Virus record (IMG/VR): IMGVR_UViG_3300045988_061617
Location: 21,424 to 85,423 of that record
DNA from: a virus
Direction: 5' to 3' (one strand)
Length of the DNA: 64,000 nucleotides
The notes under the pieces: model-generated
Told to the model about the DNA's origin: nothing
The model's input: only the letters and a program-made list of their open reading frames with translations
The model's database searches: none
Program-made: the position numbers and the translations under genes
Shown here: piece by piece, positions 9,094 to 18,594 of the stretch
Layout of the letters: each line of letters opens with the position of its first letter
How positions within the stretch are numbered: the first letter of the stretch is position 1

Positions 9094-9525
9094 ATGGCAA
9101 AGATGTTAGTACTGAGGTGGACACCAGTTACTACAACCAGTGGGATTTGGTTTGATAGTAACATGATTATCCTTAATGGTACCTCTGGAGTTCATATTGA
9201 AATGAAAGGTAATGGCAATGATGTAACGGCATTTCAATCGATGACCGGTAACAAATTTGTCACCTGCTTTCAAGATTATTTCGGAGATATTTGGGATAAA
9301 ATAATACCTCATCCTGGTATAGGCCAGGTAATAAAATTCCGTGTAAATAGGCTCCCTGATTATGCTTGTATACGAGGAGATATAGAAGATGGAGGGGATA
9401 TTGATCCAGAAAACCCAGATGTACCAATGAATGCTTTCTGTGGTTCAGAAGGGGAACCTTTCAGAGACATCGATTCCGAATTCTTAATCGGAAGACAACG
9501 TGCAGTAATTAACCCTAAATATTAA
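9094..9525 (+). CDS. Hypothetical protein (structural module)
   Basis: 143-aa ORF. No motif recognised. Confidence 0.5.
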   Translation: MAKMLVLRWTPVTTTSGIWFDSNMIILNGTSGVHIEMKGNGNDVTAFQSMTGNKFVTCFQDYFGDIWDKIIPHPGIGQVIKFRVNRLPDYACIRGDIEDGGDIDPENPDVPMNAFCGSEGEPFRDIDSEFLIGRQRAVINPKY

Positions 9526-9530
9526 AATAT

Positions 9531-12500
9531 ATGTATGTAAGTAAGTATTATACCTGCGAAGAAATTGATCAGCGGTTATTACAAGGTTACTATGATGACT
9601 TTGTTCGTGCTGGCTTTGGAGGAACTATAAATGAGTTCTGGGCTTTCGTACTATCTATCAAAGATAAGGTAGATAAGAAAGAAGGCTATGGCTTATCCGA
9701 GAATGATTTCACTAATGAGCTTAAAGCTAAATTAGATGGAATCGAAGAACATGCTAATTACATCACTAAAGTTTCTCAGCTTGAGAATGATTTAAAATTC
9801 CAGACTGATGAAGATGTTAGGAAAGCAATCAGTGATTTGGTTGATGGTGCTGATGATGCACTTGATACTTTAAAAGAATTAGCAGAAGCTTTGGGTAATG
9901 ATCCCAACTTTGCTACTACCATTACTAATAAGTTAACAGAATTACGTACTGCTTTAACTGAAGAGATAAATCGTGCTAAAGAGGCAGAAGCTGCTTTAGG
10001 TGCAGCAGTTGCAGCAGTTGAGCAGGACTTAGAATATGCAATAGAACAGATTATCAATAAGATCGATACAGTTAAATCAGATTTAAAAGCTGAAATTGAC
10101 CGTGTAGAAAAAAAGGTTGATAAGAATGCTGAGGATATCAAAAACTTAGAGGATAAGGTAAATGAGAAGAATGATCAACTTGAAGATGAACTCAAAGGGC
10201 TCATTCAACAAGAGAAAGATGATAGAATTGCGGCAGACAATGAAATTAAAGAAAGTGTAAATGAACTCAAAACTTTACATATTAATGATAAAGCTGAGGT
10301 GCTTTCTAAAATTGCCGAAGAAGTTTCTAATCGTACAAACTCCGATACTATCTTAGATTCTAAGATTAATGAAGAAATTACCAATCGTCAAGCCGATACC
10401 CAATCTCTTCAAGGTAAAATCGACCAGGAAAAGGTAGACCGTCATTCGGAGGACCAAGTTCTTCACAATGAAGTTTCTAAAGAGGTAGCCGATCGTACAA
10501 ATGCAGATAACCTTCTTCAGAGTAACATTGATAAAGAAGCACAAGCTCGTACTTCTGCTGACCAGGTATTACAGAATAATATCGATTCAGAAGCAACTAC
10601 AAGAGCTGCTCAGGATTTAGTCCTTGATCATAAAATTGAGGATATAAAATTACAGGGCCAAGCAGATAAAGCCCAATTACTCGAGGCAATTGCTGCAGAG
10701 GCTATGGCTCGTGAAAATGCCGATATCGATCTCGATAATCAAAAGGTGGATAAACGAGAGGGTTATTCATTAACTAAGAATGACTTTACAGATATACTCA
10801 AAGCTAAGTTAGACGGTATTGAAGAACATGCCAACTATATTACCCATTTATCTCAGCTTATCAACGATTCAGGTTTCCAAACTGAGGACGAAGTAAAAGC
10901 AGCTATTCAAGAAATTGTAGGTGCTGCCCCTGAAGTACTTGATACTCTTAAGGAAATTGCCGATGCTTTGGGTAATGACCCAAATTTTGCTACAACTATT
11001 ACCAAGAAATTGGCGGCTATTACTGAACAGGTTAATCAGGAAATAGAAGACCGTATTGCTGGTGATGAAGCAAATAGTGCTGAAGTAGCTACAGAAACCC
11101 AAGCCCGTAAAGATGCAGACATTGCTCTTGAGGCTAAGTTAAAAGAATATATAGACAATAAGTCTGCAACTGGCGATGCTGCAATTGGAGTTGTAAGGGA
11201 TAATCTTAACAAGGAAATCCAAGACCGTAAAGATGCCGATGCAGCCATTCAAGCAAGTCTGGATAAGGAAATTGCCTATAGAAAGACTGCCGATGATGCT
11301 TACACGGTTAGTTTGAATAATGTTAACAGACGTGTTTCAGAACTGGCCTTAAGTATTCAAGATTCTATAAATACTTTACGTAATGAACTTACTGCTCAGG
11401 TAAATGCCAACACAACAGCTATTGCTACGAATGAACACAATATCGAAAGAAATTCAGAGGCAATCACAAACTTAACTAAGACTGTAGGTGATAACTACAA
11501 GGAAGTTAAGGATATGATTAACGAAGAGATTGTGGACCGTACCAATGCAGACAGTTCTTTAGGTTCTAGAATTGATACATTAAACATCAATTTGAATACT
11601 GAACGTACAGAAAGAATTGCCGCAGATCAAGTTCTCCAGGTTAATCTCGATAAAGAAGTAGCAGATCGTACCAATGCAGATACTGCCTTGAAAACCGAGA
11701 TGACTTCGAAATTGGATAATACCAAACAAGCTCTCGAATCAGAGATAGATAAACTTAATACTAAGCTCGATCAAGAGAAAACCGATAGAACTAATGCTGA
11801 TACAGCATTGGGGGCTCGTATTGATTCTCTAGAGGCTGGTAATACTACGGCTATTACTAAATTAGAAGAGAAGGTAAATGGTAATACCACTGCTATTAAT
11901 ACCGAAAAAGAAAGGGCTATTGCTAAAGAGAATTCTATCGAAGCTAAGGTTAATACTAACCTTCAGAACCATAAAGATGACATGGCTTCTGTTAATCAAG
12001 GGATGCTTACCGAGAAGAATGAGAGATTAGCAGGAGATACTTTACTTCAGAATAATATTGATAAAGAAGCAACCGAGAGAGCTAATCAGGATACTCTTAT
12101 CAATAATGCTTTAGCTCAAGAGAAAGCAGATCGCATAGCTGCAGATGAAGTTCTTGATGAAAAGAAAGTTGATAAGGTTGATGGTAAAGTACTGTCATCT
12201 AATGACTTTACTGATCTTCTTTATGCTAAGCTTAATGGGATTGAGGAAAAAGCAAACTACATTACCAAGGTATCCCAGTTGTTAAATGATTCAGATTATC
12301 AAACTGAAGAGGAAGTAAATGAGGCAATCCAAAGGGTTATTGGTTCTGCCCCAGAGGTACTGGATACTTTGGCTGAGATTGCTAAGGCATTGGGAGATGA
12401 TCCAAATTTCGCAGCAACTATGACTGCTAAGCTTACCGAGTTGGAGAATAAGCTCGAAGCTGAGAAGAATTTACGTGAACAGGGAGATAATACTCTACAA

Positions 12501-15215
12501 CAAACTTTTACTAACTTAAGTACTACTCTTACTACTACAGTAAATGAGTTGAGGACTTATGTAAGTGAGACCCGTACTGAGTTATTAACTTCTCTGAATG
12601 CTACGAATGCTCTGGTAACTCAGAATACGGCTAATATCCAACGTAACCTGGAATTAATCCAGGGTATTCAAGATAATATTAACGGTAACTATACGGCAAT
12701 TACTGATTTGCTGAATAATGAAATCGCTGCTCGTAAAGCTGAGGATATTAGATTAGAAGCAAAGATTGATCAAAATACTTCCAATCTCAACACCGAGAGA
12801 GAAGAAAGAAAGGCAGCTGATAAAGTTCTTCAAGATAATATCGATGCAGAGGAAGCTGCTCGTATTGCTGCAGATACTGCCTTGGGTAAACGTCTAGATA
12901 AAGAAATTCAAGACAGAACCGATGCAGATACCGCCTTGGATAATAAGTTTACTGGTGTTACAGATGATCATGAGGAAAGATTGGTAGCTGAGGAAGCAAC
13001 TTCGGAGGCTTTACCAGATACTATGGTTACTGATGTAAGTACCGTGAGTAGAACTGCTACTCAGCTATCCTTTAAGGTAAAGACTTCAACTAAAGATAAC
13101 TCAAATAATCAATATGGTGAAGAGGTAGAAGCTACCAAGAATATCCTTCAGGCAACTCAAACTCTTGCTGGAGTTATGTCTGCTACAGATAAAGTTAAGT
13201 TAGATGGTTTAGACCCAAATGCTTTAACCGATATCTCTGCAGTTTCAGATGCTAATAAGGTAACAGTAACAATAACTAAAGATAATGGTTTAAATGCAGA
13301 TACTATCGAAACTTTTGACTTGCCGCAAGTATCTGCAACTAATGCAGGTACCCTGTCTGCTAAAGATAAAGTAGAATTAGATAGAATTACTACTGCTAAT
13401 TTTGCTCTTGGGGATGTAACTCCAAATGAAACTTCAGTAGGCATTGCTGCTAGTAAAACCCTAATTGAAGATGGTACAGTAGAACAGAATCCAATTACTA
13501 TATCAGCTTCTACTGTAGAAAAAGCCGGTGTACAATCTGCTGCAGATAAGAAGTTATTTGATTCTATGCCTAAGGTATGGCTTACAGAACCCAGGAATAT
13601 TATTCCGGAATTAGATAAGGTGACTTTAGCCCAATCCATATCCAGAGTATCCTCAGAAAGCGGAACTTATGTGGCATCTGGTAATTTGTATACCGATTTA
13701 CCTGGAGCTACTAAAACTACTGCAGGAGTTATGACTGCAGCTGATAAGGTTAACTTAGATGAGACATTACCTAATACCATTTCCCAGGAATCCCAAGCTA
13801 GAGAAGATGCAGATACTGCTTTAGATAATAAGTTGCAAACAAACATTGATACTCTAGAATCTAAGCATGATGCCTTTGTAGCAATGAAAGGTAAAGCTAA
13901 TGGTTTTGCTCCACTTGATGAAAATGCACTAATCCCAGCTAATCACTTGCCTTCATATGTAGATGATGCAATTGAAGTATATGCTACTTATGATATAAGT
14001 CCTACTGGAGGTCTTACAAATATCCAATTATATTCCGATACAGACCATCAAACACCCATAGTAGGAGAATCAGGTAAGATATATATCAACATCACTGAGG
14101 ATGAACCTGCATATCAATTCCGTTGGTCAGGGGAAAGATTCGTAGATATTAATACTTCTTCCCTTATTATTGGGGAAATTGCGGGTACTGCTTTTGAAGG
14201 CAATAGAGGTAAAGTTTTAGAGGAAGTATCTAGTAGTTTGCCTTCTGTATTGGTATCCGGCTTAGAATCTTTTACATACACCCTGGACAAAGTTAATCTC
14301 ACTTATGTTAGAAGATCCAAAACTGATAGTAATAACGGTATTTATAAACCAGTAGAGAATATACTCAGGTCGATTAATGCAGTAACCAAAACTACTGCAG
14401 GAGTTATGACTGCTCAAGATAAGGTTAATCTTGATGAGACATTACCTCAGGCTATTGAGAATGAGGCAACTAATCGTACCAATGCTATTAATGATCTTCG
14501 TATAGAATTAAAAACTTACGTTGATGATTTGGTGGCAAATACTGATTCTGATTTAACTGCATTAGAGGCTGTAGTAAATACTCACCTTACAGATAGAGCT
14601 AATCCTCATTTAGTTACAAAAGTTCAAGTTGGATTGGGTAATGTCAATAATACTTCGGATGCAGATAAACCAGTATCTACTGCACAAGCTGCTTCTATTG
14701 CAGATGCTAAGGCTGCAGGTACTGCTGCTCAAAGTTCTATTGATACCCATGCTGGAAGAAAGGATAATCCTCATACCGTAACAAGAGGTCAGTTAGGATT
14801 GGATACTACCGACCAGGTAGTATTTGCTAAGACTACTGCCCCTTCTGGTTTCTGGAAAGAATCCTCAGATATTCGACTCAAATCTAATCTTAAAGATTTG
14901 AATCATACTCTGGAACAGATTTGCCAGATACCCACTAAATCATTCAATATGAATGGTAAGGAGGATGAGGGAACTATTGCTCAAAACCTTGAAGCATTGG
15001 GATTCGGTAAATACGTTGATGAGGCACCAGTAGAAAAATCCCAAGTTGATAACCCCGAGGATTTCGAAACTATAGAGATCAACGGGGAAGAATATGTACT
15101 CGTAAAACAAGTTAAATATCATAAGATGTCAACTTTGGCTATCGAAGGTATTAAACTTCTTTATGATGAGATTAAGACTTTGAAGGCAGAAATTCAAGAA
15201 CTTAAATCAGAATAA
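9531..15215 (+). CDS. Giant fibre protein (1894 aa) with a triplicated module, coiled-coil repeats, and a C-terminal S74-type intramolecular chaperone domain
   Basis: Three 93-aa modules (K.DK.EGY.L..NDFT..LKAKLDGIEE.ANYI ... LDTL.E.A.ALG.DPNFA). Many D.E..DRTNAD..LQ.NID heptad-type repeats. Repeated TAGVM(T/S)A.DKVNLD motifs and NPH.VT..Q(V/L)GL motifs. The C-terminal ESSDIRLKSNLKDL...ICQIP from about 14865 is typical of the endosialidase/tail-fibre autoproteolytic chaperone (peptidase S74). Confidence 0.8.
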   Translation: MYVSKYYTCEEIDQRLLQGYYDDFVRAGFGGTINEFWAFVLSIKDKVDKKEGYGLSENDFTNELKAKLDGIEEHANYITKVSQLENDLKFQTDEDVRKAISDLVDGADDALDTLKELAEALGNDPNFATTITNKLTELRTALTEEINRAKEAEAALGAAVAAVEQDLEYAIEQIINKIDTVKSDLKAEIDRVEKKVDKNAEDIKNLEDKVNEKNDQLEDELKGLIQQEKDDRIAADNEIKESVNELKTLHINDKAEVLSKIAEEVSNRTNSDTILDSKINEEITNRQADTQSLQGKIDQEKVDRHSEDQVLHNEVSKEVADRTNADNLLQSNIDKEAQARTSADQVLQNNIDSEATTRAAQDLVLDHKIEDIKLQGQADKAQLLEAIAAEAMARENADIDLDNQKVDKREGYSLTKNDFTDILKAKLDGIEEHANYITHLSQLINDSGFQTEDEVKAAIQEIVGAAPEVLDTLKEIADALGNDPNFATTITKKLAAITEQVNQEIEDRIAGDEANSAEVATETQARKDADIALEAKLKEYIDNKSATGDAAIGVVRDNLNKEIQDRKDADAAIQASLDKEIAYRKTADDAYTVSLNNVNRRVSELALSIQDSINTLRNELTAQVNANTTAIATNEHNIERNSEAITNLTKTVGDNYKEVKDMINEEIVDRTNADSSLGSRIDTLNINLNTERTERIAADQVLQVNLDKEVADRTNADTALKTEMTSKLDNTKQALESEIDKLNTKLDQEKTDRTNADTALGARIDSLEAGNTTAITKLEEKVNGNTTAINTEKERAIAKENSIEAKVNTNLQNHKDDMASVNQGMLTEKNERLAGDTLLQNNIDKEATERANQDTLINNALAQEKADRIAADEVLDEKKVDKVDGKVLSSNDFTDLLYAKLNGIEEKANYITKVSQLLNDSDYQTEEEVNEAIQRVIGSAPEVLDTLAEIAKALGDDPNFAATMTAKLTELENKLEAEKNLREQGDNTLQQTFTNLSTTLTTTVNELRTYVSETRTELLTSLNATNALVTQNTANIQRNLELIQGIQDNINGNYTAITDLLNNEIAARKAEDIRLEAKIDQNTSNLNTEREERKAADKVLQDNIDAEEAARIAADTALGKRLDKEIQDRTDADTALDNKFTGVTDDHEERLVAEEATSEALPDTMVTDVSTVSRTATQLSFKVKTSTKDNSNNQYGEEVEATKNILQATQTLAGVMSATDKVKLDGLDPNALTDISAVSDANKVTVTITKDNGLNADTIETFDLPQVSATNAGTLSAKDKVELDRITTANFALGDVTPNETSVGIAASKTLIEDGTVEQNPITISASTVEKAGVQSAADKKLFDSMPKVWLTEPRNIIPELDKVTLAQSISRVSSESGTYVASGNLYTDLPGATKTTAGVMTAADKVNLDETLPNTISQESQAREDADTALDNKLQTNIDTLESKHDAFVAMKGKANGFAPLDENALIPANHLPSYVDDAIEVYATYDISPTGGLTNIQLYSDTDHQTPIVGESGKIYINITEDEPAYQFRWSGERFVDINTSSLIIGEIAGTAFEGNRGKVLEEVSSSLPSVLVSGLESFTYTLDKVNLTYVRRSKTDSNNGIYKPVENILRSINAVTKTTAGVMTAQDKVNLDETLPQAIENEATNRTNAINDLRIELKTYVDDLVANTDSDLTALEAVVNTHLTDRANPHLVTKVQVGLGNVNNTSDADKPVSTAQAASIADAKAAGTAAQSSIDTHAGRKDNPHTVTRGQLGLDTTDQVVFAKTTAPSGFWKESSDIRLKSNLKDLNHTLEQICQIPTKSFNMNGKEDEGTIAQNLEALGFGKYVDEAPVEKSQVDNPEDFETIEINGEEYVLVKQVKYHKMSTLAIEGIKLLYDEIKTLKAEIQELKSE
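9666..9944 (+). repeat. Fibre gene internal module, copy 1 of 3 (279 nt / 93 aa)
   Basis: KVDKKEGYGLSENDFTNELKAKLDGIEEHANYITKVSQLENDLKFQTDEDVRKAISDLVDGADDALDTLKELAEALGNDPNFATTITNKLTEL. Confidence 0.85.
10743..11021 (+). repeat. Fibre gene internal module, copy 2 of 3
   Basis: KVDKREGYSLTKNDFTDILKAKLDGIEEHANYITHLSQLINDSGFQTEDEVKAAIQEIVGAAPEVLDTLKEIADALGNDPNFATTITKKLAAI. Same length and register as copy 1. Confidence 0.85.
12165..12443 (+). repeat. Fibre gene internal module, copy 3 of 3
   Basis: KVDKVDGKVLSSNDFTDLLYAKLNGIEEKANYITKVSQLLNDSDYQTEEEVNEAIQRVIGSAPEVLDTLAEIAKALGDDPNFAATMTAKLTEL. Confidence 0.85.
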
Positions 15216-15219
15216 TATT

Positions 15220-17013
15220 ATGGGAGAGATAGCAACTTGGAGTGCTGTCAAAACTAAAGTAGGCCTTGGTAGGGATGGTAATGACTGTCCTACCAAGGCT
15301 GAATTGTTAGCACTCTCTCCTACAGGAACGGGAGAAGATTATATTGGGTTGGAGCTATCCAATGCAAGTTCCTATGGTGATAATGAAACTGTACAGATAG
15401 AAGATGTTCATAAGGTAACTTATAAATATAATATTCATGTAATCAATCCGACTTTGAATTTCCCTGCTATCGGAGGGGTTGCTACACCGGCTTTCTTTAC
15501 AGTCAGCTCTAATAAACAAAAATACCTGGATGGTGTTAAAAGTGGGTCACCAATAGGTGTAAATCATACTTATAGCTTACCATCTTGGGTATCTCAACGC
15601 GACGAGGGTTACTATGCTACTGAGAATCTAGAACTTACTGGTAGATCGGATACCGTAACTTTTATTCAAGACGAATCGGGTAAAACTGCTACTGGTACTT
15701 TTGTTCAAGCAGCAGCAACTCAAAATTGGGAGTACAGATTTGACTCTAATCTATCAGAACTTTCCTTTACAAAAATGGGAGGCACTTTCAGTATCAGGGT
15801 ATCTTCATATAAGCAAGAATATAGAAATGGGCATACTTATGGTAGTACAATTAATATAAATTATACTAGAGGAAACTCTGGGGATGTTGATGGTACTGGT
15901 AATAATATACATATGAGTGAGAATAAATCTACTTCTGCCAGATATGGAACAGTTACATATACTCAGGCTGAGACTGGGAAGACATTAACCATATCTTGTA
16001 CTCAGGAAGCTGGGGTTATTACTTACGGTGATATCTCCATAACTTCTAATCCTAAAGTTTCCGATATACCAGCAAGTGGAGGTACAATTAGTTCTTATTC
16101 TACTTTACCAGGATATTCTCAAACTTGGGGATGGAATGGTAACGATATGGGTGGGGGAACCATTACTTCTGGAGGTACTATTAGTTATGGTTCTGCGGTT
16201 AGTGTTGGATCTTTGGGAACTACTGCGAAAAGTAGAACTCAGGTTGGTAGTTTAAGTGGTACCATCTCTTTAAACGGTAAATCTGTTAGTGTACCCTCGG
16301 TGGCAGTATATCAACAAGCTAACCAAGTAGAAAGAGTTACTAATGGTACCCCAGTTATAAGTTTATCAGCTGGTAAGTATACTTTTAGTAATAGGGGAGA
16401 TTCTACTTCTATTTATGCTAGTGTAAGTATACCAACTACTAATCATTGGACTTCAGGGGCTACTTCTACAGGCTCTAGTAGAAGTGATACACCAAGTTTA
16501 AGTATTAGTGGTTCTGGGTTTAGTTTAAGTGGTACCACCGTATCAGCTTCAGAGAACACCGGTTCAGCTAGAAGTTGTACTGTAACAGCCTCATATTCAG
16601 GTGCTACATCTAAGTCGATTACTATCGAACAAGGTGCCGTTGATATAACTTATAATTATTATTTCGAGATCTATGATAATTCTATATTGAGTACCTTTCC
16701 TGCATTGGGGGCAACTTATGAATTACCAATAACCTCTTATAAGAAAAAGGTAGTTAATGGTACAGAAACTTCTGATAATTATCCGGTGCCTATAAATACT
16801 ACAAACTTACCATCTTGGTTATCCATACCTACACCAACTTACAGTAGTTATGGGTATTATGTAATAAGAGCAACTGCTTCAGAGAATACATCGGAAAGTA
16901 GCCGTAGCCATACCTTCACTGTTGTTCAAACAGAATCAGGAAGACAACTAAATGTAGTAGCTCAACAAAATGCTGGAGTGGTTACATACAACTACGTATT
17001 CAGTATAGGATAA
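15220..17013 (+). CDS. Fibre / receptor-binding-type protein built from BACON-like (Ig-like) repeats
   Basis: About five repeats of the pattern LPSW(V/L)S ... EN.s...R..tvT..Q.EsGk...v...Q.AG. Examples are LPSWVSQRDEGYYATENLELTGRSDTVTFIQDESGKTATGTFVQAA and LPSWLSIPTP...ASENTSESSRSHTFTVVQTESGRQLNVVAQQNAG. Confidence 0.55.
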   Translation: MGEIATWSAVKTKVGLGRDGNDCPTKAELLALSPTGTGEDYIGLELSNASSYGDNETVQIEDVHKVTYKYNIHVINPTLNFPAIGGVATPAFFTVSSNKQKYLDGVKSGSPIGVNHTYSLPSWVSQRDEGYYATENLELTGRSDTVTFIQDESGKTATGTFVQAAATQNWEYRFDSNLSELSFTKMGGTFSIRVSSYKQEYRNGHTYGSTININYTRGNSGDVDGTGNNIHMSENKSTSARYGTVTYTQAETGKTLTISCTQEAGVITYGDISITSNPKVSDIPASGGTISSYSTLPGYSQTWGWNGNDMGGGTITSGGTISYGSAVSVGSLGTTAKSRTQVGSLSGTISLNGKSVSVPSVAVYQQANQVERVTNGTPVISLSAGKYTFSNRGDSTSIYASVSIPTTNHWTSGATSTGSSRSDTPSLSISGSGFSLSGTTVSASENTGSARSCTVTASYSGATSKSITIEQGAVDITYNYYFEIYDNSILSTFPALGATYELPITSYKKKVVNGTETSDNYPVPINTTNLPSWLSIPTPTYSSYGYYVIRATASENTSESSRSHTFTVVQTESGRQLNVVAQQNAGVVTYNYVFSIG

Positions 17014-17082
17014 TAAAGTACAACACTGCTTTATAGTTAATGTATAATTAACTCAAGTATTAATCTTTTAAAAACTAAGTCT

Positions 17083-17784
17083 ATGGGAGTAGAAGTTAAA
17101 AGCGGAGGTGAAGGTGTAATAGTAGCCGACCGCGGATGTAATGATGGTTGCTGTAATCATAACTCTGGTTGGGGTTCTGGTTGGGGAGCCGTTGGTGGTG
17201 CATTGGTAGGTGGTGGCTTTGGTGCTGCTGCAGTTTCTGTATTGGATAAAATCAATGATACTAAGGCCGATATCATGGGAGTAAACTCAACTGTAAAAGA
17301 TTCCCAGTATAATCTGGGAAGAGATATTGCTTCAGCATCAGGCGAGGTAATCTCTGCAGTTAATGGAGTAGGTGATAAGGTAGACGGTACTGCCCGAGAA
17401 GTTTTGAATAATCGTTTCGCAACAGAAAGAGGTCTCTGCGATTTGGGTTACAAAACTAATTCGGATATCCGGGATTCTCGTGACCAGATGGGAGCAGGAT
17501 TCAATCGTGTTATGGACCGCCTCTGCAATATGGAGCATTATCAACAGAATTGTTGCTGTGAAACCAAAGGTTTGATAAAAGAAGTAAAATCAGAACTGGC
17601 TCTTCAGTTGGAACGTTGCTGCTGTGATCTTAAGAATGGCCAACAGGAAATTAAGTGTCTCATAGAGAACACCGCTAAGGATCAAGAGATTGCCCGTCTT
17701 AACCGTGTAGTTGATGCTCAGAGAGATCAAAACATTATCAGCCAGGTAGTTGCTGCTTTGAAACCGACTACAACAACTGCTTAA
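17083..17784 (+). CDS. Orphan protein with a glycine-zipper hydrophobic segment and Cys triplets
   Basis: CNDGCCNH, then GWGSGWGAVGGALVGGGFGAAAVSVL (Gly-zipper, TM-like). Two CCC triplets sit in a helical C-terminal half (QQNCCCETKG ... LERCCCDLKNGQQEIKC). The gene is locally more GC-rich by eye and is followed by a terminator. Confidence 0.6.
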   Translation: MGVEVKSGGEGVIVADRGCNDGCCNHNSGWGSGWGAVGGALVGGGFGAAAVSVLDKINDTKADIMGVNSTVKDSQYNLGRDIASASGEVISAVNGVGDKVDGTAREVLNNRFATERGLCDLGYKTNSDIRDSRDQMGAGFNRVMDRLCNMEHYQQNCCCETKGLIKEVKSELALQLERCCCDLKNGQQEIKCLIENTAKDQEIARLNRVVDAQRDQNIISQVVAALKPTTTTA

Positions 17785-17808
17785 TCTTTTGAATTAAAAG
17801 TGATAGAA

Positions 17809-17842
17809 AGGAGTGCATCTATTTAGGGTGTACTCCTTTTTT
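17809..17842 (+). terminator. Rho-independent terminator
   Basis: AGGAGTGC atctatttaggg GTACTCCT (8-bp stem with one G-U wobble) followed by TTTTTTC. Confidence 0.7.
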
Positions 17843-17868
17843 CGTCTATACCGAAAAACTAAGGAATT

Positions 17869-18069
17869 ATGGAACAAGAAAAACTCACAGAATTCACTAT
17901 ACAAGTAGCTTTACCTGCTCCCAATGCAGAGATAGCAAAACAAGTAGCAAATAAAGCTCAGGTACTCATTGATCAGTTTGGATACTATCAATTCTTAAAA
18001 TTGGTAGACTTCATGGAAAAGAATCCTGGAGCAGTATCTTTTGGTTTAAACTTAATAAATAGGAAGTGA
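17869..18069 (+). CDS. Hypothetical protein
   Basis: 66-aa ORF directly after the terminator. No motif recognised. Confidence 0.45.
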   Translation: MEQEKLTEFTIQVALPAPNAEIAKQVANKAQVLIDQFGYYQFLKLVDFMEKNPGAVSFGLNLINRK

Positions 18070-18070
18070 C

Positions 18071-18589
18071 ATGGAAGAATTGATTTTTCAAAAAGTACAG
18101 AAAGGTGATATAATCTTCACCTTAGAGAAAGACCGTAGGTCTGGTTACCCAATCTTTGATCAAGCCAGAGTATTAAAAGTTGGTGAAAGTAAACCCATGG
18201 CCTCTAATGGCAAAGAGGGTTTTGTTAATAGTATCGAATTAGTAATCCAAGATTCAATATCTCAAGTTACCCTCTACTTACCAACAAATGTGAATGAGGG
18301 TATTTATAATGGTATATATTATACTACTAACCTTGAGAATATTATAAATGAGGTAGCTATGCAAAAGCAGAATGCCTTAAATATCTTAAATAATACATCG
18401 AAATTCGAGGCTATTGTTTCTGAATGTGATAATATTCTTGGTTCTATTAATCAACAGTTAGCTCCCAATAAACCAGCTCCTGAGTTTGAAGAGTTTAAGT
18501 TATCTATGGATGAAAGGTTAACTAATCAAGAAACTCTTTTATTGAGGATTGCTAAAGAATTGGGATTGGATAAACCTAAACAACAATAA
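18071..18589 (+). CDS. Hypothetical protein (structural module)
   Basis: 172-aa ORF starting 1 nt after the previous stop. Confidence 0.5.
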   Translation: MEELIFQKVQKGDIIFTLEKDRRSGYPIFDQARVLKVGESKPMASNGKEGFVNSIELVIQDSISQVTLYLPTNVNEGIYNGIYYTTNLENIINEVAMQKQNALNILNNTSKFEAIVSECDNILGSINQQLAPNKPAPEFEEFKLSMDERLTNQETLLLRIAKELGLDKPKQQ

Positions 18590-18594
18590 GAATT

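Noticed and set aside
9666-12443. Considered the triplicated fibre modules as a DGR template/variable-repeat pair or a mobile element
   Set aside because: All three copies are in frame within one gene and have diverged at many codon positions, not only at adenines. No reverse transcriptase gene is present in the window.
13157-13639. 160-aa minus-strand ORF inside the giant fibre gene, with similar antisense ORFs at 9776-10141, 11036-11248 and 19662-20078
   Set aside because: These are antisense to long ORFs with clear repeat and motif structure. Ala/Ser-rich products are expected from the reverse complement of repetitive GCT/GAT-rich coding sequence.
17035-17053. Weak AT-rich hairpin AGTTAAT gtata ATTAACT after the BACON-like gene, as a possible terminator
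   Set aside because: The stem is only 7 bp and all A/T except one pair, and no adjacent U-tract is present. Support is insufficient.
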